In this document: piece after piece, positions 39,841 to 56,484 of the stretch
How the letters are laid out: each line of letters opens with the position of its first letter
How positions within the stretch are numbered: the first letter of the stretch is position 1
Assembly: GCA_964016885.1 (NCBI GenBank)
Contig: OZ024740.1
Coordinates: 182,032,001-182,096,000 of the forward strand
Direction: 5' to 3'
DNA: 64,000 bases
Source of the DNA: Eledone cirrhosa
Taxonomy: Eukaryota
Position numbers and translations under genes: made by a program
The notes under the pieces: model-generated
The model's database searches: none
Seen by the model: only the letters and a program-made list of their open reading frames with translations
Told to the model about the DNA's origin: nothing

Positions 39841-41939
39841 TCATAATAATTCCTATGGTGGAGGATTGACAGTATCAGTAGATTGTCAAACAATATACTT
39901 TGCAGCTTATAGTTAGGAACCTTTATGTTGAGAGTTCAAATTCCGTCAAGATTAGCTTTGCCTTTCATCATTACAGAGTCGATAAAATAAGATACCAGCA
40001 ATGCAATGGGATCATTGCACATTCTATCAACCCCAAGAAGGATAAAAGTAAAGTCAACCCAGCAGGATTTGAACTCAGAATATTAAGCAACAAAAGTAAA
40101 TTCTCTGTGTTATTTTGTTTAACATTCTAACAATTCTGCCAATTAATACTTATAAAAATAATGACTATAAGTTTTATTAATTGTAAAATGCAAACATTTA
40201 TTATTTGCCATCATCTGTGCACACTCAATCATATGTTAAATATTTACATTCATTATAAAGTTTCAACAAGTCCATTACTTATAATGAATATTAAATTCTT
40301 ATGAATACTCTAAAAATGAAATTTATTCAAATAGATATTAAATCTAATCATATTAATGAAAATTATTCATATAATTTCTGAATCCTGTTGAAACCGAATT
40401 GTGAGTTTCAGATCAATTTTATATTTCAAATTTACTTTTTATTTAAATATATAAGAGAGTAGTGACTTAACAGAAATGGCAGAAACAATACCTCGTGATA
40501 TTTAATAATATCCCTTTATATTCTTGGTTCAAATCCTTCTGCATTATACAGAGTCATTCTTCCAACAAAGAGTAATAAACTAGTTTCCATAAAAATCAGG
40601 ATAGAAATGAAGGTGGTTTATAATTCTGAGGACAGAACCCTTAATCCTACAATATAAAGCAATTTTAAAGTTTTTTTATATTCTTCTTCTTCTTCTTCTT
40701 CTTCTTCTTCTTCTTCTTCTTCTTCTTCTTCTTCTTCTTCTTCTTCCAGTGGGTCCTGTCAGAAGCAACCATCATCAATTGATCTGGTTGGATCTTCAAA
40801 CATGACCAGCCAAGCTCATAGATATTATCCAACCATCTTGCTCAGTGCCTACCCCTGGGTCTCTTGCTTTAAAAACCTACCATCATAGTTTTATTTAAGA
40901 CACTGTGTTAAGTTTTATAATCAGAAAGTTAGATATATTATTTTAATCCTACCAAATGCTTGATTATTTTTTATAAATGATTTGAAAATTTAAAGCAGGG
41001 CTTGTAATGAAAGGGTTAAATCGATTACTTAAACCTATAAACTTAAGAACCCTTAAACTAAAAAGAAGAAGATATATGAGTGCGCATGGGCTTGTTTTAA
41101 CATGTGATTTTGCTTTGCATGGGCACTGGTTGAGAAGACAGTCACTGCAGTGCTTTGTAGTTCCATATGCAAAATTTGATATTTTACTTAAAAATAAGTT
41201 ATGGTTAGCATAAGAAAGTGCATCTTGCTGTAGAATACTGCTTTATAAAGTCTTACCCAACCCATGCCAGCAATGAAAAGCGGATATAAAATGACGGTGA
41301 TGTTGATAATGATGATGATGTTTGTATAAGTGGAAAAGAAATAATCTATCTCATTGCTAATGATTTCGCATTTCAACTCTAAGAATTAATGAAACTGACA
41401 CCAATAATATAACGTTAAACATGTCACATGACACTATAATTTCTTCTTAAAATCGGGTTAACATCTAATCAAAACAGTACTAATTAATTATTTGAGAAAT
41501 ATAGTTATATATTAGCTTAGTAACATAAGCTTACTAACAATAAACTAGTCAATAAGAATGTCAAAATATGCAGTCAGCAAAATTATGAAGTATTTGTTTG
41601 TTGATAGAGCTGTGAGTTTCATACAAATGGTACCAAAACTAGACCTGATAGATATTTTATATCTATTTTAGTGTTTTGAGCTTCTGAGTTCAGTCTTATG
41701 TCAGATAAATCTTAATTTTCTAATATTTTTAGTCACAACTATACCGTATACAGAAGCAGAGTTTGTAGGAATTCCACACTGGGTACTAAATGTAAACAGT
41801 GGGTACACTAGAGATTTAATAGTATTATAGGTAGGCTAACAAAGAATGTTGACTACAAATTTAATAGATGCATTGGAGTAGTAAGCAACAAAAGTACGCA
41901 TGAAACAGGTTTATCAAATGCTCAGATGACTCAACAGTT

Positions 41940-42450
41940 TCTGCTACCTATGTGACCAAATTAGGGGTAGATGTTTAGAAAATACAGTAGTCAAAGTGAA
42001 AACAGGCTGCAAAATGTTCAGTGAGTTATTATTTCTGCTGGATATAATGGAGATTGTTTGAAATTGTATGATGCATGTATGCAAACCATGATGTTGCATA
42101 GAAACGAGATATGAGCAATGAATGCTGAGGATATGTGATGACTGGAAAGAAATTAGGTGAATATGCTCTGAGGAATGTGTAATAGTGGTGTGCAAGAATG
42201 ACAAATCATTTATGTGCTGAGTAAAACTGAGCTTCAGAGGAATTAGAGTGTATAAGAGATAAGACTAATTTGATATATGGCCATTTAGTGTGTATGAAGT
42301 ATTAGAGGTGCATAAAACAGTACAAGGAACTCAAAGTTGAGGAAACCTGTGGAAAAAGAAAACATGGAAGGAATTGGTAAAAGTTGTCCATAACAAGTTG
42401 GACCTCACAGAGGAGATAACAGAGCTGGCCATATGCCATACTACAGAAGA
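41940..42450 (+). mobile_element. Old RTE RT C-terminal remnant
   Basis: F.YL.DQI, GCKMFSELL, AEDM..LER remnants with many stops. Confidence 0.65.
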
Positions 42451-43948
42451 CTTCTGTCTCCACAAAAGCAGAATGAAAGACAGAAAGATGTAATAAAATT
42501 TAGACTTACCCTTCCATTACCCTGCTCCTTATTATCTATTCCCCTCATCTAGTCTTTCTTCATTGCACCTTCCCCCATGCACCTACTCTTCCTGTTCAAA
42601 TAAATTCTTGACTCCCATTCAAAAGCAGATGCACTTTTACTGTACTACCAGACAATGCTTGTTCATTCTTTCTCTCCTGCTCACCAACAATTAATCTCCT
42701 TTCTCCCCTCTTCTTCACAACTCATACTACCACATTTATCCCCGAGTTTCTTTTCTCCATGCCCAACCATGCCCGCATGGAAGACCTTGCTCACACATCC
42801 TCCTCACAATATATCCAATTGGCACTCACTTAACCTAAGGCCACCTCACCCCACCTTCTAGTAACAGATTGCCCAAATCCTATTCTTGTTCCAGACCCCT
42901 GTTACTCCATATTACTGTCTTCTTAGACTGACCAAGAATGCAAAGAAGCTGGTGTTGATATGTGGTAGTAGTGCTCATCCAAAATTGTAAGGTAGGTGCT
43001 GGTGTCATGGTAAAATGCACTCATCCCTCACTGCGAAGTGATAGTTTTGGTGCTGTGAAAAAAACACCCAGTCCACACTGACAGGTTATAATGGTGTTAC
43101 AACAAAACACAGCTGGTACATGCCATGAAGTGGTTGGCATTAAGGAGAACATGCAACCATAGCAACCATGCCAAATGGGAACATATGAGCAAAATACAGT
43201 TGTCTGACCTACCTGTTTAACCTCAGTGTATGACAACTTATCGAACCCATACAAGCATGGAATATAGATGTAAGATGGTGGTGTTGGTAATGATAATGAT
43301 GATGATGATGATGATGACGATGATAACAACAAGAGAAGTCCTAATATGTAAAAGGAAGTGATAGGAATTTGATTGTTTATATTGTCTCTCTTTACATTTT
43401 AAATATGAATAATAGGATTTTTATTGATATTTCACTTCTGGTCAACCTTGGTTGAGCAGACCTATCTTCAAATGTATTCTATCTATTGAAAACTATCACT
43501 TTTCAAACAGTATAACTAACTCCATATTATCCAATGTGTCGTTTTAAAGATGATGGAACAAATATGAAGATTTACCTGCTATTTCTTGCAGATCAAGCAA
43601 TTACATTGATGTTTCTTCATTATGGAGAACCTTAAAACTTAAGGCTACATGTGACCTTTGAAATTCTTGCCTGTGAACTTTTAGTAGAAGTCTGTATTTC
43701 ACATAAAAAATGCATTTATTTTATTACACAGTATTCCTACTTATTTTTATGTTCTTAAGTATATTCCCAAAATATCTGTCAAAAACACAATATAGAAAAC
43801 TGCTGTGCTGTATGAAACATGAAAAACCATGACAAAATTGTAGTGCAATAAGTATTTAGTAACACTGAATCATGTGACATTTCTCTTATTTGATGTCACT
43901 TGGTAATTTACTTCTGATTCTGTCATAGAGAATTTCATTGGTATTTTA

Positions 43949-44300
43949 GTGTATGAAACTGCAAAAAGAACATGGAAGTATAGGAACAGAGCTTTTACCG
44001 AGGATTGTGAGTTGCAATTTTTTTTTACTGTTTCTTCTAAAGATACAATGAGTTGCCTGCTTTGTGATACTAAAATATCACCTCAAAAGAAATTCAATGC
44101 ATGTAAGACAGAATTGTGTTACTCACAAGGACAACAAATATGCCAAACTTGAAGGAGAACCTCAAAAGATTATATTCTAATAAAATGAATGTTGAGAAAC
44201 AAAAACAAAGTTAAGTATTCCAAGCAAGAGTTAAACTTGAGAATGTTAACACCAAAGGAAATGTCTAAAGTAGGGTATATACTTGGCAAAAACTTTAAGG
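43949..44300 (+). mobile_element. hAT (Buster/SPIN/GTF2IRD2-like) transposase N-terminal remnant
   Basis: KRT..NRAFTEDCELQFFF..SCLLCDTKIS..KKFNA resembles the NRxFxEEW..YFF..CLIC zinc-finger start of Buster-type transposases. Confidence 0.55.
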
Positions 44301-44537
44301 CAGTTCCACAGCTTATGAAGATTATTGCTGAACAGGAAGAATCATGTGATTCTTTGGCAAACTACATTTCTGTTATGGTCTTATATAGGCAGAGGAATTA
44401 GCATAGAATGCTTGATTAAATACCTTGGTATTTTTTCCAGCTCTTTGCATTCTGTGTTTAAATGCCACTGAAACCAACTATACCTCTCCCCTACAATTTA
44501 TAGTATTTCTTTAATCAGCATTATTATTATTTCATCA

Positions 44538-44715
44538 GGGCAGTAGATTGGCAGTATCGGTAGAAGGTCGGATGCATAGAGTTATGGCCCTTACCATTCA
44601 GAGTTCAAATCCCGCCGAGGTTAACTTTGCCTTTCATCCTTATGGGGTCAATAAAATAAAGTACCAGCAATGCACTGGGTAATTGCTGGCCTTATGCCAA
44701 AAGTAGAAACAATTA
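44538..44715 (+). mobile_element. Full-length Nin/Deu-like tRNA SINE with TSD
   Basis: TTATTATTATTTCATCA repeated on both sides. Confidence 0.85.
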
Positions 44716-46317
44716 TTATTATTTCATCATAACTGGGAATAGGAAATAGACATGAAAGAGACATAGAGAATTAGAATTGTATTCTAGTGTCTTGATTGAT
44801 CATTCCCACATCATGGATGCTCTGGTAATTGTGAAGGTTACTGTCTAAGATAGCAGATATTAGCAAACTGTTTTATTTGATCATTAGTAGTTGGGGTGTG
44901 TGTGTGTGTGGATGTTTGAACCACTTACGATATGGTAAAATGTAATTTGAATCCTCCAAACTATAGCAACATGTTTCTCAACCACTTATTGTGAATTAAT
45001 CTTCATCTGCTTAACCTAAATTATGACGCCTTTAAGAACTTAATAATAGAAAACTATCTTAAGGTACAGAACTTTGTTTTGTTTTACAAACCATTTATTC
45101 ACATGCTCCCCTGCAAAAACAATCACCAAATATGTAACTGACAGGTTAGTCTACTTTTCTATTTCTTGTTTTAATACTCATAATTATTAAGGTATCATAG
45201 TTTCTTTTTTGAATATTTGTAATCATAGGGCTAGCTGTCTGCTGATGAATAGACAAAAACGTATGAAAAACCTAAAGGTAATCACTTACGTTTTGCTGTG
45301 TATAGAGCAAATAATGAATAATTTGTTTACACTTGATTATTCTTATAGTAAGTCTTATAATTTAAAAACTGTAGTTGTATCTACATTAAATGTAGTTCAG
45401 ATCTTCTAATAAAACCTTTGTTTCACAAAAAATATTTATTATTTTTAATTAGATTTTTACAATATATGTAATTATAGTCTATATATAATTAATATTATTG
45501 TCTTTATTGCAGCATGTGTGGCAATCAGATATATAGAATGATTTCTGCTTTTCAGTCAACCTACATTAGAATTATAAAGTTTGTGCAGGGGCTTGAGAAT
45601 CAGACACAGTGCAGAATAACATATATTATGCTATGTCCACCAAAAGCAACATTATATGTCTATATTGTGGGTATTAAATTGTTGCTGTTATATGCAGCTT
45701 TTAGCAATGTTAGTAAATTATACGAAACGTGAAAATAATAGCAAGATAGACCACATAAAAGATTTCTTATTTCTAAGTCAAATCTGAAATAAATAGGATT
45801 TATGTATGGGTTACAGTTACAATTAACAGAACAGCGTAATTGAATGGAGTAGGGCCCAACTGTCTCTCTGTCTCGATCCTTCTCTTCTATTTTGAATCTA
45901 CACATGCCCCAAAAGCACACATACAGATAAACATTGATTTAGCTCCCTCAAATACATACAAATATTTTCCACATATTTGCTTCCATACAAACAACATCAA
46001 GATTAGCTATCACTGACTCCTTCATAACAACAGCTCTACCACCACTACCATGTATTGCTTTTACCATTTCACACAAATTGATATTCATATATGTAATATA
46101 AATTACATAGTGTAGTATTTAATAATAAATAATTGCTGACTTCCTTCCATTGAAAAGAACTGGATTCAGACAGACCGCATCGTTTGAATATATCATAGCA
46201 CATGAGTTATTATGATAATGTAGTATATTCTATTCATTTATATCACTCTCACTCTCTCTAATTATCTCTCACTCACACACTCTCCTCCCTCTCTCTTTCT
46301 CATTATCTATTTATAAA

Positions 46318-46555
46318 GGAGACTGCATTGGTATGGACATGTGTGACACATGGATGATGCCAAGTAATCCCAGTGGAAGGAATCCACAGAAGAGGAAGTC
46401 CAAGGAAGACCAGAATGGAAGTGGTGAGATTTGATTTCAGATCCCTAAAGGTTAACAGAGAAGATGACTAAAGAACACAAGTGGAGAGATGCTGTACTGA
46501 GAAGAACATGTCCAACACATGCAATCATGGAACAACAGGTGTAGAATGATGATTG
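46318..46555 (+). mobile_element. RTE 3' end fragment
   Basis: [20 protein letters not shown], tail. Confidence 0.7.
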
Positions 46556-46661
46556 TGGTATAAATATATATATATATATATATGCAAAAGTTCTATTTAA
46601 AATTGTTGGGATACAACAAGTAAATATTTTTATAACTGATATAAAGCACTCGACAAGTATT

Positions 46662-48277
46662 CTGACCTGGGCAAACTTAGCAAAAATATTCTAGACAGGG
46701 TAATACAACAAATTAAAAACTTACCTAATTTATCTTACTTAAAATTATGGAAAGGGACTAGTGAGGTTATAGATTGGTTTAAAGAAATTAAATATAACTA
46801 TAATAATAAGTTTATTCAGCTGGATAATGCTAACTACTACTCATCTATCACTCCTAATCTACTGAATAAGGCACTAAATTACGCATTTAAACATACTGAC
46901 CTAACTAGCAATGAAATGCACATTATATTATCGGCAAGGAAAACATTGATAGAATTTAACAACCAACTCAGGACTAGGGCAGATAGAAATAATAATTTCG
47001 ACATAACTATGGGATCATCAGACTCAGCTCAGGTAACGGACCTTGTGGGCCTATTTATAATTAATTCGCTACATAGAAAAATACCAGGTGTAACCGGAGG
47101 CTTATATCGTGATGACATGTTTTTACTTATACAAAATAATTGCTGTGAACTAAATAGGAAAAGAAAACAAATTATACAATTTTTTAATTACCATAATCTA
47201 AAAGTAGAAATAAAGAATAACCATAAAATAGTCAATTTTCTTGACGCAACATTAAATCTCAACACATGTCTTCATTATCCATTTCACAAACTAAATGAGA
47301 ACTTGAATTATGTTAATTTTAACTCTAATCACCCCAGATCTGTTAAAAATACTATAGTGAACTCTGTTCAAGAAATAATTTCAAGAATTTCATCTAATAA
47401 AACTATATTTGATGAAAAAGCGCAGTATTACAACGAAGCGTTAGGCAGAGCTGGATATAGAAATGAAATTAAATACATTGATAATAATAATAATAAGCAA
47501 ACTAACCAAAATAATAACAATTTTAATTATGGTAACAACTTTAGCAACTATAATAGAAAACATTACAATAATTCCAAAAGCCGAAAAAGAAATAGAACTA
47601 GAAACATATTATGGTTTGCTCCCCCTTTCTCACTAAATATTAAAACCCCTATTGCTAAACTATTCTTTAAAGCTCTTGACAAACGCTTCCCTAGAACACA
47701 AATATTACTCAATTTTTAACAGACACACTATAAAATTAATTTACTCGTCCACCAAAAATTTAGCACAAAATATTAATAGAATTAATAATAGAAATTTAAA
47801 ACCTAACCAAAATACCAATAATAACCCAAGCAATGTTCAATTGAATAACTGTAACTGTAGAAATAAATCTAACTGTCCGTTAAATAACAACTGCTTAGCT
47901 AAAAATGCAGTGTACAATTCTAATGTTAAAACTAATTTAAATTCGTTCAACTATGTTGCTTCTACCTCGACTGAATTTAAATTTCGCTTCAATAATCCTA
48001 AAAATTCTTTCACAGATCCAAACAAAAAATCTTCAACTTCGCTATCTAGCCTACTATGGGACCTAAAACGAGATAATGTTAAATATTCGATGACTTGGAA
48101 TATTATCTCATAAGCTACTCCTTTTAATTCCTCTTCTGAAAATTGTGATCTTGTATTGAAGAAATATTCTTTATATTAAAGTCCAAAAATTCCCTTAATT
48201 TAAGGAACAATTTATTCAGTTGCTGCAGACATAGATTGAACTCAACGTTTAAATATAAATATAAATTTAAAATGTAG
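46662..48277 (+). pseudogene. Naiad RT + GIY-YIG, frameshifted
   Basis: FDITMGSSDSAQ, GLYRDD, RNILWFAPPFS, CNC..CPL, CCRH. Confidence 0.9.
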
Positions 48278-49325
48278 TATAATTAATTAAGTATTTTAGT
48301 TAATATATAAAACCTGTCGATAAATCATTAGATTCCTTCACCTTTTTCTTTTAAACTTTCTTCCTAAATATAAACATAGATATAATAAACTACTTTAAAA
48401 CGTCTACACTTACAATATCTTAAATAAAATATACGTAGGATAAATTTCTATACTAAATATAAAGATATCTGTAGAATCCTTGGTTTTTTTAATCTTTTAA
48501 ATTTTTGAATTTTGAAAGTGTTTTAAATTCTTTTTAAAATTTTTTTAAATTTTTAGATCTTTAAAATTTTTTTATTTTTATATTATATTGATATAATATT
48601 TATTTAACTTCTATTTAATTTTAATTTTATTTATTTTTATTTGTTTTGCTTTGATTCTGATAGCTTCTCATAATTCTCATTGATTGAAATATAAGTAGGA
48701 TAATTTTCTATACTAAATATATGAAACATATTATTGTAACTTAAGATACTCTATAGTGTTTTAAAGATATTTAATGCTTTGACATTTCTAGAATTCCTTT
48801 GTTCTTTTGACTATATTGATATGGTTGTATTTCCAAAATATGATCCTGTAGTATTTTAAATTTATATTGGTATAATTATATTTCCAAAGTATAATCCTTA
48901 GTAATATATTGATATTAGATTATCTCTATACAAAAGTATATGTGTATTAACATGCATATAAAAGTGTTATAGGTTTTTTATGATTGTATATATGTCTGTA
49001 TGTATACATGAGCGATGCCTGATGACGCACGCAGATATTTATTTATACATATATAGGTGTATATGTATATATGTGTGTGTATGTATATGTGTGGGTAAAA
49101 GTTATGTTGCATAACCACGCAGTTTGGATTGCAGAAATGTTAAATGCATGAATGCTAATCATATATACGAAGTCATGAATGTTAATCGTATATATGTATG
49201 TGTATGTATACTGTGAACTTTTTATAACACAACGAATGTATAGCAATGATTAAGAGAAATCGTCTGCGCTTTATATGTCTATATTGTTGACTTGAGTAAA
49301 TATAATTTCTATTTTCAGGCCGTGC

Positions 49326-49377
<52 letters not shown>

Positions 49378-49948
49378 GTGTCTTTCTCTAGAAATGTGTA
49401 CATTTTGGAGATTAAACCCAAATTTTGGTATATTGATCTCAAGGTTTAAACTAAACATATAGTCATTATTAAACAATGTTTAATTTCTCATAATATATAT
49501 CTATGTCTCATTCATGAATATTAATATTTATATTTTTATTATTCATTTCATATGAATTGTTAACCCAACTTAACATGACATGACGTAAAGTTTTCATATT
49601 CTCCCTATCTCTCTATATAACATTTCTCTCTCTTGAGATTTTCTATCTGTCTGTTGACTTAATATCTCTCTGTTGCTTTCCTCTGTTTTTCTTATGTCTT
49701 CCTTTTTTCTTCTCTCTTCCTTTCCTCCTGTCTTTACTTATCCCTTTCTTTTTTTTCTCCATGCATCTCTCTCTCTCTCTCCGATATTTTTCCACGTTTT
49801 TTCTTTTTTTTCCGTCTTTTTCTAATTGTCCTTAACACTATGACTTATTAAAGTTATATAAACAATTCACTATCTGATGACTTCCAAAAACAATGGTTGC
49901 ATTTTAATAGGGTACGTCAAAGCTTATTTGTAAAACTGTTATATATTG

Positions 49949-50010
49949 TATTTTGTCTGATGAAGGCATACCATAATTTAATTTGGTATCCCTGGAATAT
50001 GTATAATGAA
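49949..50010 (+). ncRNA. Naiad pLTR hammerhead, GAAA mutated to GGAA
   Basis: tattttgt-CTGATGA-agg c atacca..tggtat c cct-GGAA-tatgta-TA^atgaa. Confidence 0.55.
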
Positions 50011-50164
50011 GTAGGTATGGTTTTGTAAATGTAGTTTCCATTTATTAATATCGTATATCTACTCCAAATACTTGTCGAGTGCTTTATATCAGTTATAAAA
50101 ATATTTACTTGTTGTATCCCAACAATTTTAAATAGAACTTTTGCATATATATACACATATATAT

Positions 50165-50583
50165 ATACAATACCAATGATATTAATAAATGGAAATTTTA
50201 TTTGTGGAACCATATTTGTTTTATTGTATATATTTCAAGGGTACGAACATTTTGGTACACTCTCATCAGATGAAATACTAATTTTTTTTTATAAATGGTG
50301 ACATACCCAGAAACGGTTCAGGTTCAGTTTGGATAGTGAAAGAAAAATTTCAAATTTTTCGGATGAATATGTAAATGAGGTTGAAACGTAGGGCTGAAAC
50401 AAGATTGTTATATTTAGACTCAAGGAAAATTTAAATAATTATTAGGATAATTTATAAGAAAAGAGGAAAATATAGTTTCCATTTATTAATATCATTGATA
50501 TTATACTCCAGAAAATCCGTAGAGTGCTTCGCATCTGTTATAAATAAATTTGTTGAATAAACGGCAAATTAAATATCTCTTTG

Positions 50584-50590
<7 letters not shown>
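50165..50590. mobile_element. Fold-back Naiad-related pLTR with degraded minus-strand hammerhead (50217-50277)
   Basis: caatgatattaataaatggaaa inverted at about 50476-50497; minus strand CTGATGA-gag..ctt-GAAA-tatataca. Confidence 0.6.
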
Positions 50591-51259
<669 letters not shown>

Positions 51260-51354
51260 AGAGGTTATATTTAATTTGTTGGGATTCAACAAGCTTAAAT
51301 ATTTTTATAACTGATATAACGGGTATGTCAATATTTATTTATAAAACAAATCTG

Positions 51355-51417
51355 TATTTTATCTGATGAAAGCGCATAATTTGCCTTGGTTGCCCTTGAA
51401 ATATGTATAATGAAATA
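51355..51417 (+). ncRNA. Hammerhead in solo Naiad-related pLTR (51258-51460)
   Basis: tattttat-CTGATGA-aag c gca..tgc c ctt-GAAA-tatgta-TA^atgaaata. Confidence 0.7.
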
Positions 51418-51457
51418 AATATGGTTTTATAAATATAGTTTCCATTTATTAATATCG

Positions 51458-51491
<34 letters not shown>

Positions 51492-51595
51492 GGTGTCCCA
51501 CCCTTGCAAGCAGGGAAAATTGGACGTAAAATGATGATGATGATAGGTATTAGAGGTGAAAATTAATTGCGTCCGTAATTGATATACCAAGATGT

Positions 51596-51811
51596 CAGTG
51601 TTGCATTATAAATATCTTTAATTACATATTACATATGTTTCACTGTCGATCAGCTCGAGGAACGATCGATTAATGATGTGAGTCTACATGTTAACAAATA
51701 TCTGAGGAGCTTCTGATTGAGAGTCAGGGTTGATCATTAATCAATCGTTCTTCGAGCTGATCAACAGTGAAACATGAGATAATAATTAAATATATATATG
51801 ATGCAACACTG
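51596..51811. mobile_element. Fold-back pLTR (family I) with hammerhead core
   Basis: About 80-bp inverted arms; CTGAGGA at 51702; left arm on minus reads GAAA-catatg-TA^atat. Confidence 0.6.
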
Positions 51812-52162
51812 ATTCTTTGTTCCCTTATATATTCACCATCATCATCATCATCATTTTACGTCCGCTTTTCCCTGCTTGCAAGTGTGAAACGGGTCCTATT
51901 CAGCACAGCATCTCTCCACTTGTCACGGACCTTCATCATCTCCTCCATAAGATTCAGCAATCTGAGTTTTGCTCTCAATATTAATATTATTATTACTATT
52001 ATTATTATTATGCTAGCATGGAAGATGGGTGTTAAATGAAGATGATGATGATGATGATGATGATGATATATATAGATATATAGTAATAATAATCACTTTG
52101 AATACTTAAATCCAAAGAGGGCTGGATAAGGATAAATATATATCAAATATATAAGAACCGTA

Positions 52163-52218
<56 letters not shown>

Positions 52219-52929
52219 ATATGGAGAAAAAGCGATTATTAGGAAGAAAATCATATTTTCTCCTTTTATTTTTATCTCTTTTTTCTGGGTTCGAAAATGT
52301 TTAAAACAAAATATTTTACTTCGTGTGAAGTGTTAAGGTATTAGTTAATTTATTAATTAATTAACAAACAATGGCATTTATTTATTTATTTATATATTTA
52401 ATAATTATCTATTACCAGTTTCAGCATTTTATGCATTACCAAAGGGGGGAATTTGTATTGGTATAAAATGTTGGAGAGAAAATAATGTGATGTTGAACAT
52501 GTTAAGGAAATGGGAAAGAAAGAATAATATTACTTACAAACAAGGTTTTTGAAGTAAAAAGAAAAAAGAAAGAAAAGGTGGTGATATGGAACATGATAAG
52601 GTAATGGAAAAGAAAGAATAATATTATTTACAGGCATAGTTCTTGAGGATAAACAGTTCAAAATATGTTATTATGGCAACAGCGGTTGGTTGGTCCATAA
52701 TGGGGCAAATGGTAGTCTGGGGTTTGATATGATTTCCCTTTTTAGAGAGTTAATATGCAGGGGTAGGTAATTTAGGGTGGTCAGGTAGGAGAGAGAGAAA
52801 TGAGAGGGGGTAATTCATTTATATAAGAAAAAGGATTAGGTAGGGTGTGAGGGAGGTAACTCTTTAGAGAACATATGAATTGGGCTTTGGTTCATTGTTC
52901 GTTCCAGTTTTAGTTTAGTCCGAAGTTTA

Positions 52930-53162
52930 TTCAATTAAGTAGGGGTTGGAATTTGTTAATGAAGTACGTTTCCTTATTGGTACGATGGATGAAAGAAGCA
53001 TTGTCTATGAATTTGTAAATGGGAAACATTTTAAAGTTTGGATGCTGGTTAGGTGTACAATTGGCGATATGTTCACTAAAAGCAATCTTTCTGTATTCCT
53101 GTATTTTGATTTGGATCTATCGACGGTCATATGTTGTCGGAGGCTGTTTTTTGTATGTCCAT
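52930..53162 (-). pseudogene. Neptune-like PLE GIY-YIG C-terminal remnant (3'UTR likely extends to about 52214)
   Basis: GHTKNSLRQHMTV..(frameshift)..SEHIANC..FKMFPIYK..KETYFINKFQPLLN*. Confidence 0.65.
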
Positions 53163-53265
53163 AGATCGCAAATCAAAATATACAAGAGAAAGAATGAAGG
53201 GTTATTCTACTGACATGGCTATAAAAATGAGGCTTGTTTGTATAATTGCAAACAAATGGAATGTT

Positions 53266-53448
53266 ATTTGGCAGTATCGGTAGAGGCTCGGACGCCATGC
53301 TTTGCAGCAAAGAGTTACGGCCCTTTATGATCTGAGTTCAAATCCCGCCGAGGTTAACTTTGCCTTTCATCCTTACGGGGTCGATAAAATAAAGTACCAG
53401 TAATGTACTGAGAAATTGCTGGCCTTGTGCTAAAAGTAGAAACAATTA
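53266..53448 (+). mobile_element. Nin/Deu-like tRNA SINE
   Basis: Same consensus as 39652-39840. Confidence 0.85.
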
Positions 53449-53487
53449 TTAATATTCACAAACTATATATATTTATATATAAGATAA

Positions 53488-53607
53488 GTTATTCCGGGTT
53501 GAATCAGGACTTCCTGATGATTTCTCACAAATGAAACAGTTCTAGGGATTCCTGATGATATCTCACGAATGAAAGAGTTCTAGTCCTGTAGAAGCTCTTC
53601 TATATTA
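53488..53607 (+). ncRNA. Family B pLTR fragment with two tandem hammerhead cores
   Basis: CTGATGA..GAAACAGTTCTAG then GGATTC-CTGATGA..GAAAGAGTTCTAGTCCTGTA-GAAG; 53488-505 is the inverted family-B end seen at 2846-63. Confidence 0.6.
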
Positions 53608-53619
53608 ATATCTAAAGTA

Positions 53620-53876
53620 AAGTCTGTCTTAAGCCAGAAGGCTCATTTGGCCAGTGCTTATCCCGGTTTCATGGCGTGAAGTGACTGAGAGTACAAGACT
53701 CCCCTCTGGACAGGACGCCAGTCCATCGCAGGGTTAAACCTCCAGCTATTGCTGGTACTCATTTTGAAATGAAGTTTTGCTCAAGAACACGACACACAAC
53801 CCAGGAGTCGAGAATCGAGCACACAACATTATGCTCGTAAGTCCAACACCCTTACCACTAGGCCACGTGCCTCCAC
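53620..53876 (-). mobile_element. tRNA-derived CORE-like SINE with different 3' tail
   Basis: Minus strand GGAGGCACGTGGCCTAGTGGTAAGG..GCTCGATTCTC..TTCTTGAGCAAAAC. Confidence 0.7.
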
Positions 53877-53913
53877 CTATATTAATATATTTATATATAT
53901 ATATATATATATA

Positions 53914-56484
<2,571 letters not shown>

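Larger units (their letters stand above)
46581..50148 (+). mobile_element. 5'-truncated Naiad PLE (sister subfamily) with 80-bp 5' inversion
   Basis: 46581-46661 is the reverse complement of about 50068-50148; RT-EN 46662-48277 homologous to 33550-35167; (TA)n flanks. Confidence 0.92.

Noticed and set aside
46581-50148. DNA transposon with 80-bp TIRs
   Set aside because: Encodes RT + GIY-YIG; the apparent TIR is the PLE 5' inversion
52405-52450. Minus-strand TTGGTAA-t gcat aaa atgc t-GAAA-ctgg-TA hammerhead-like motif
   Set aside because: Core mutated and stem I cannot pair; not supportable from this copy alone
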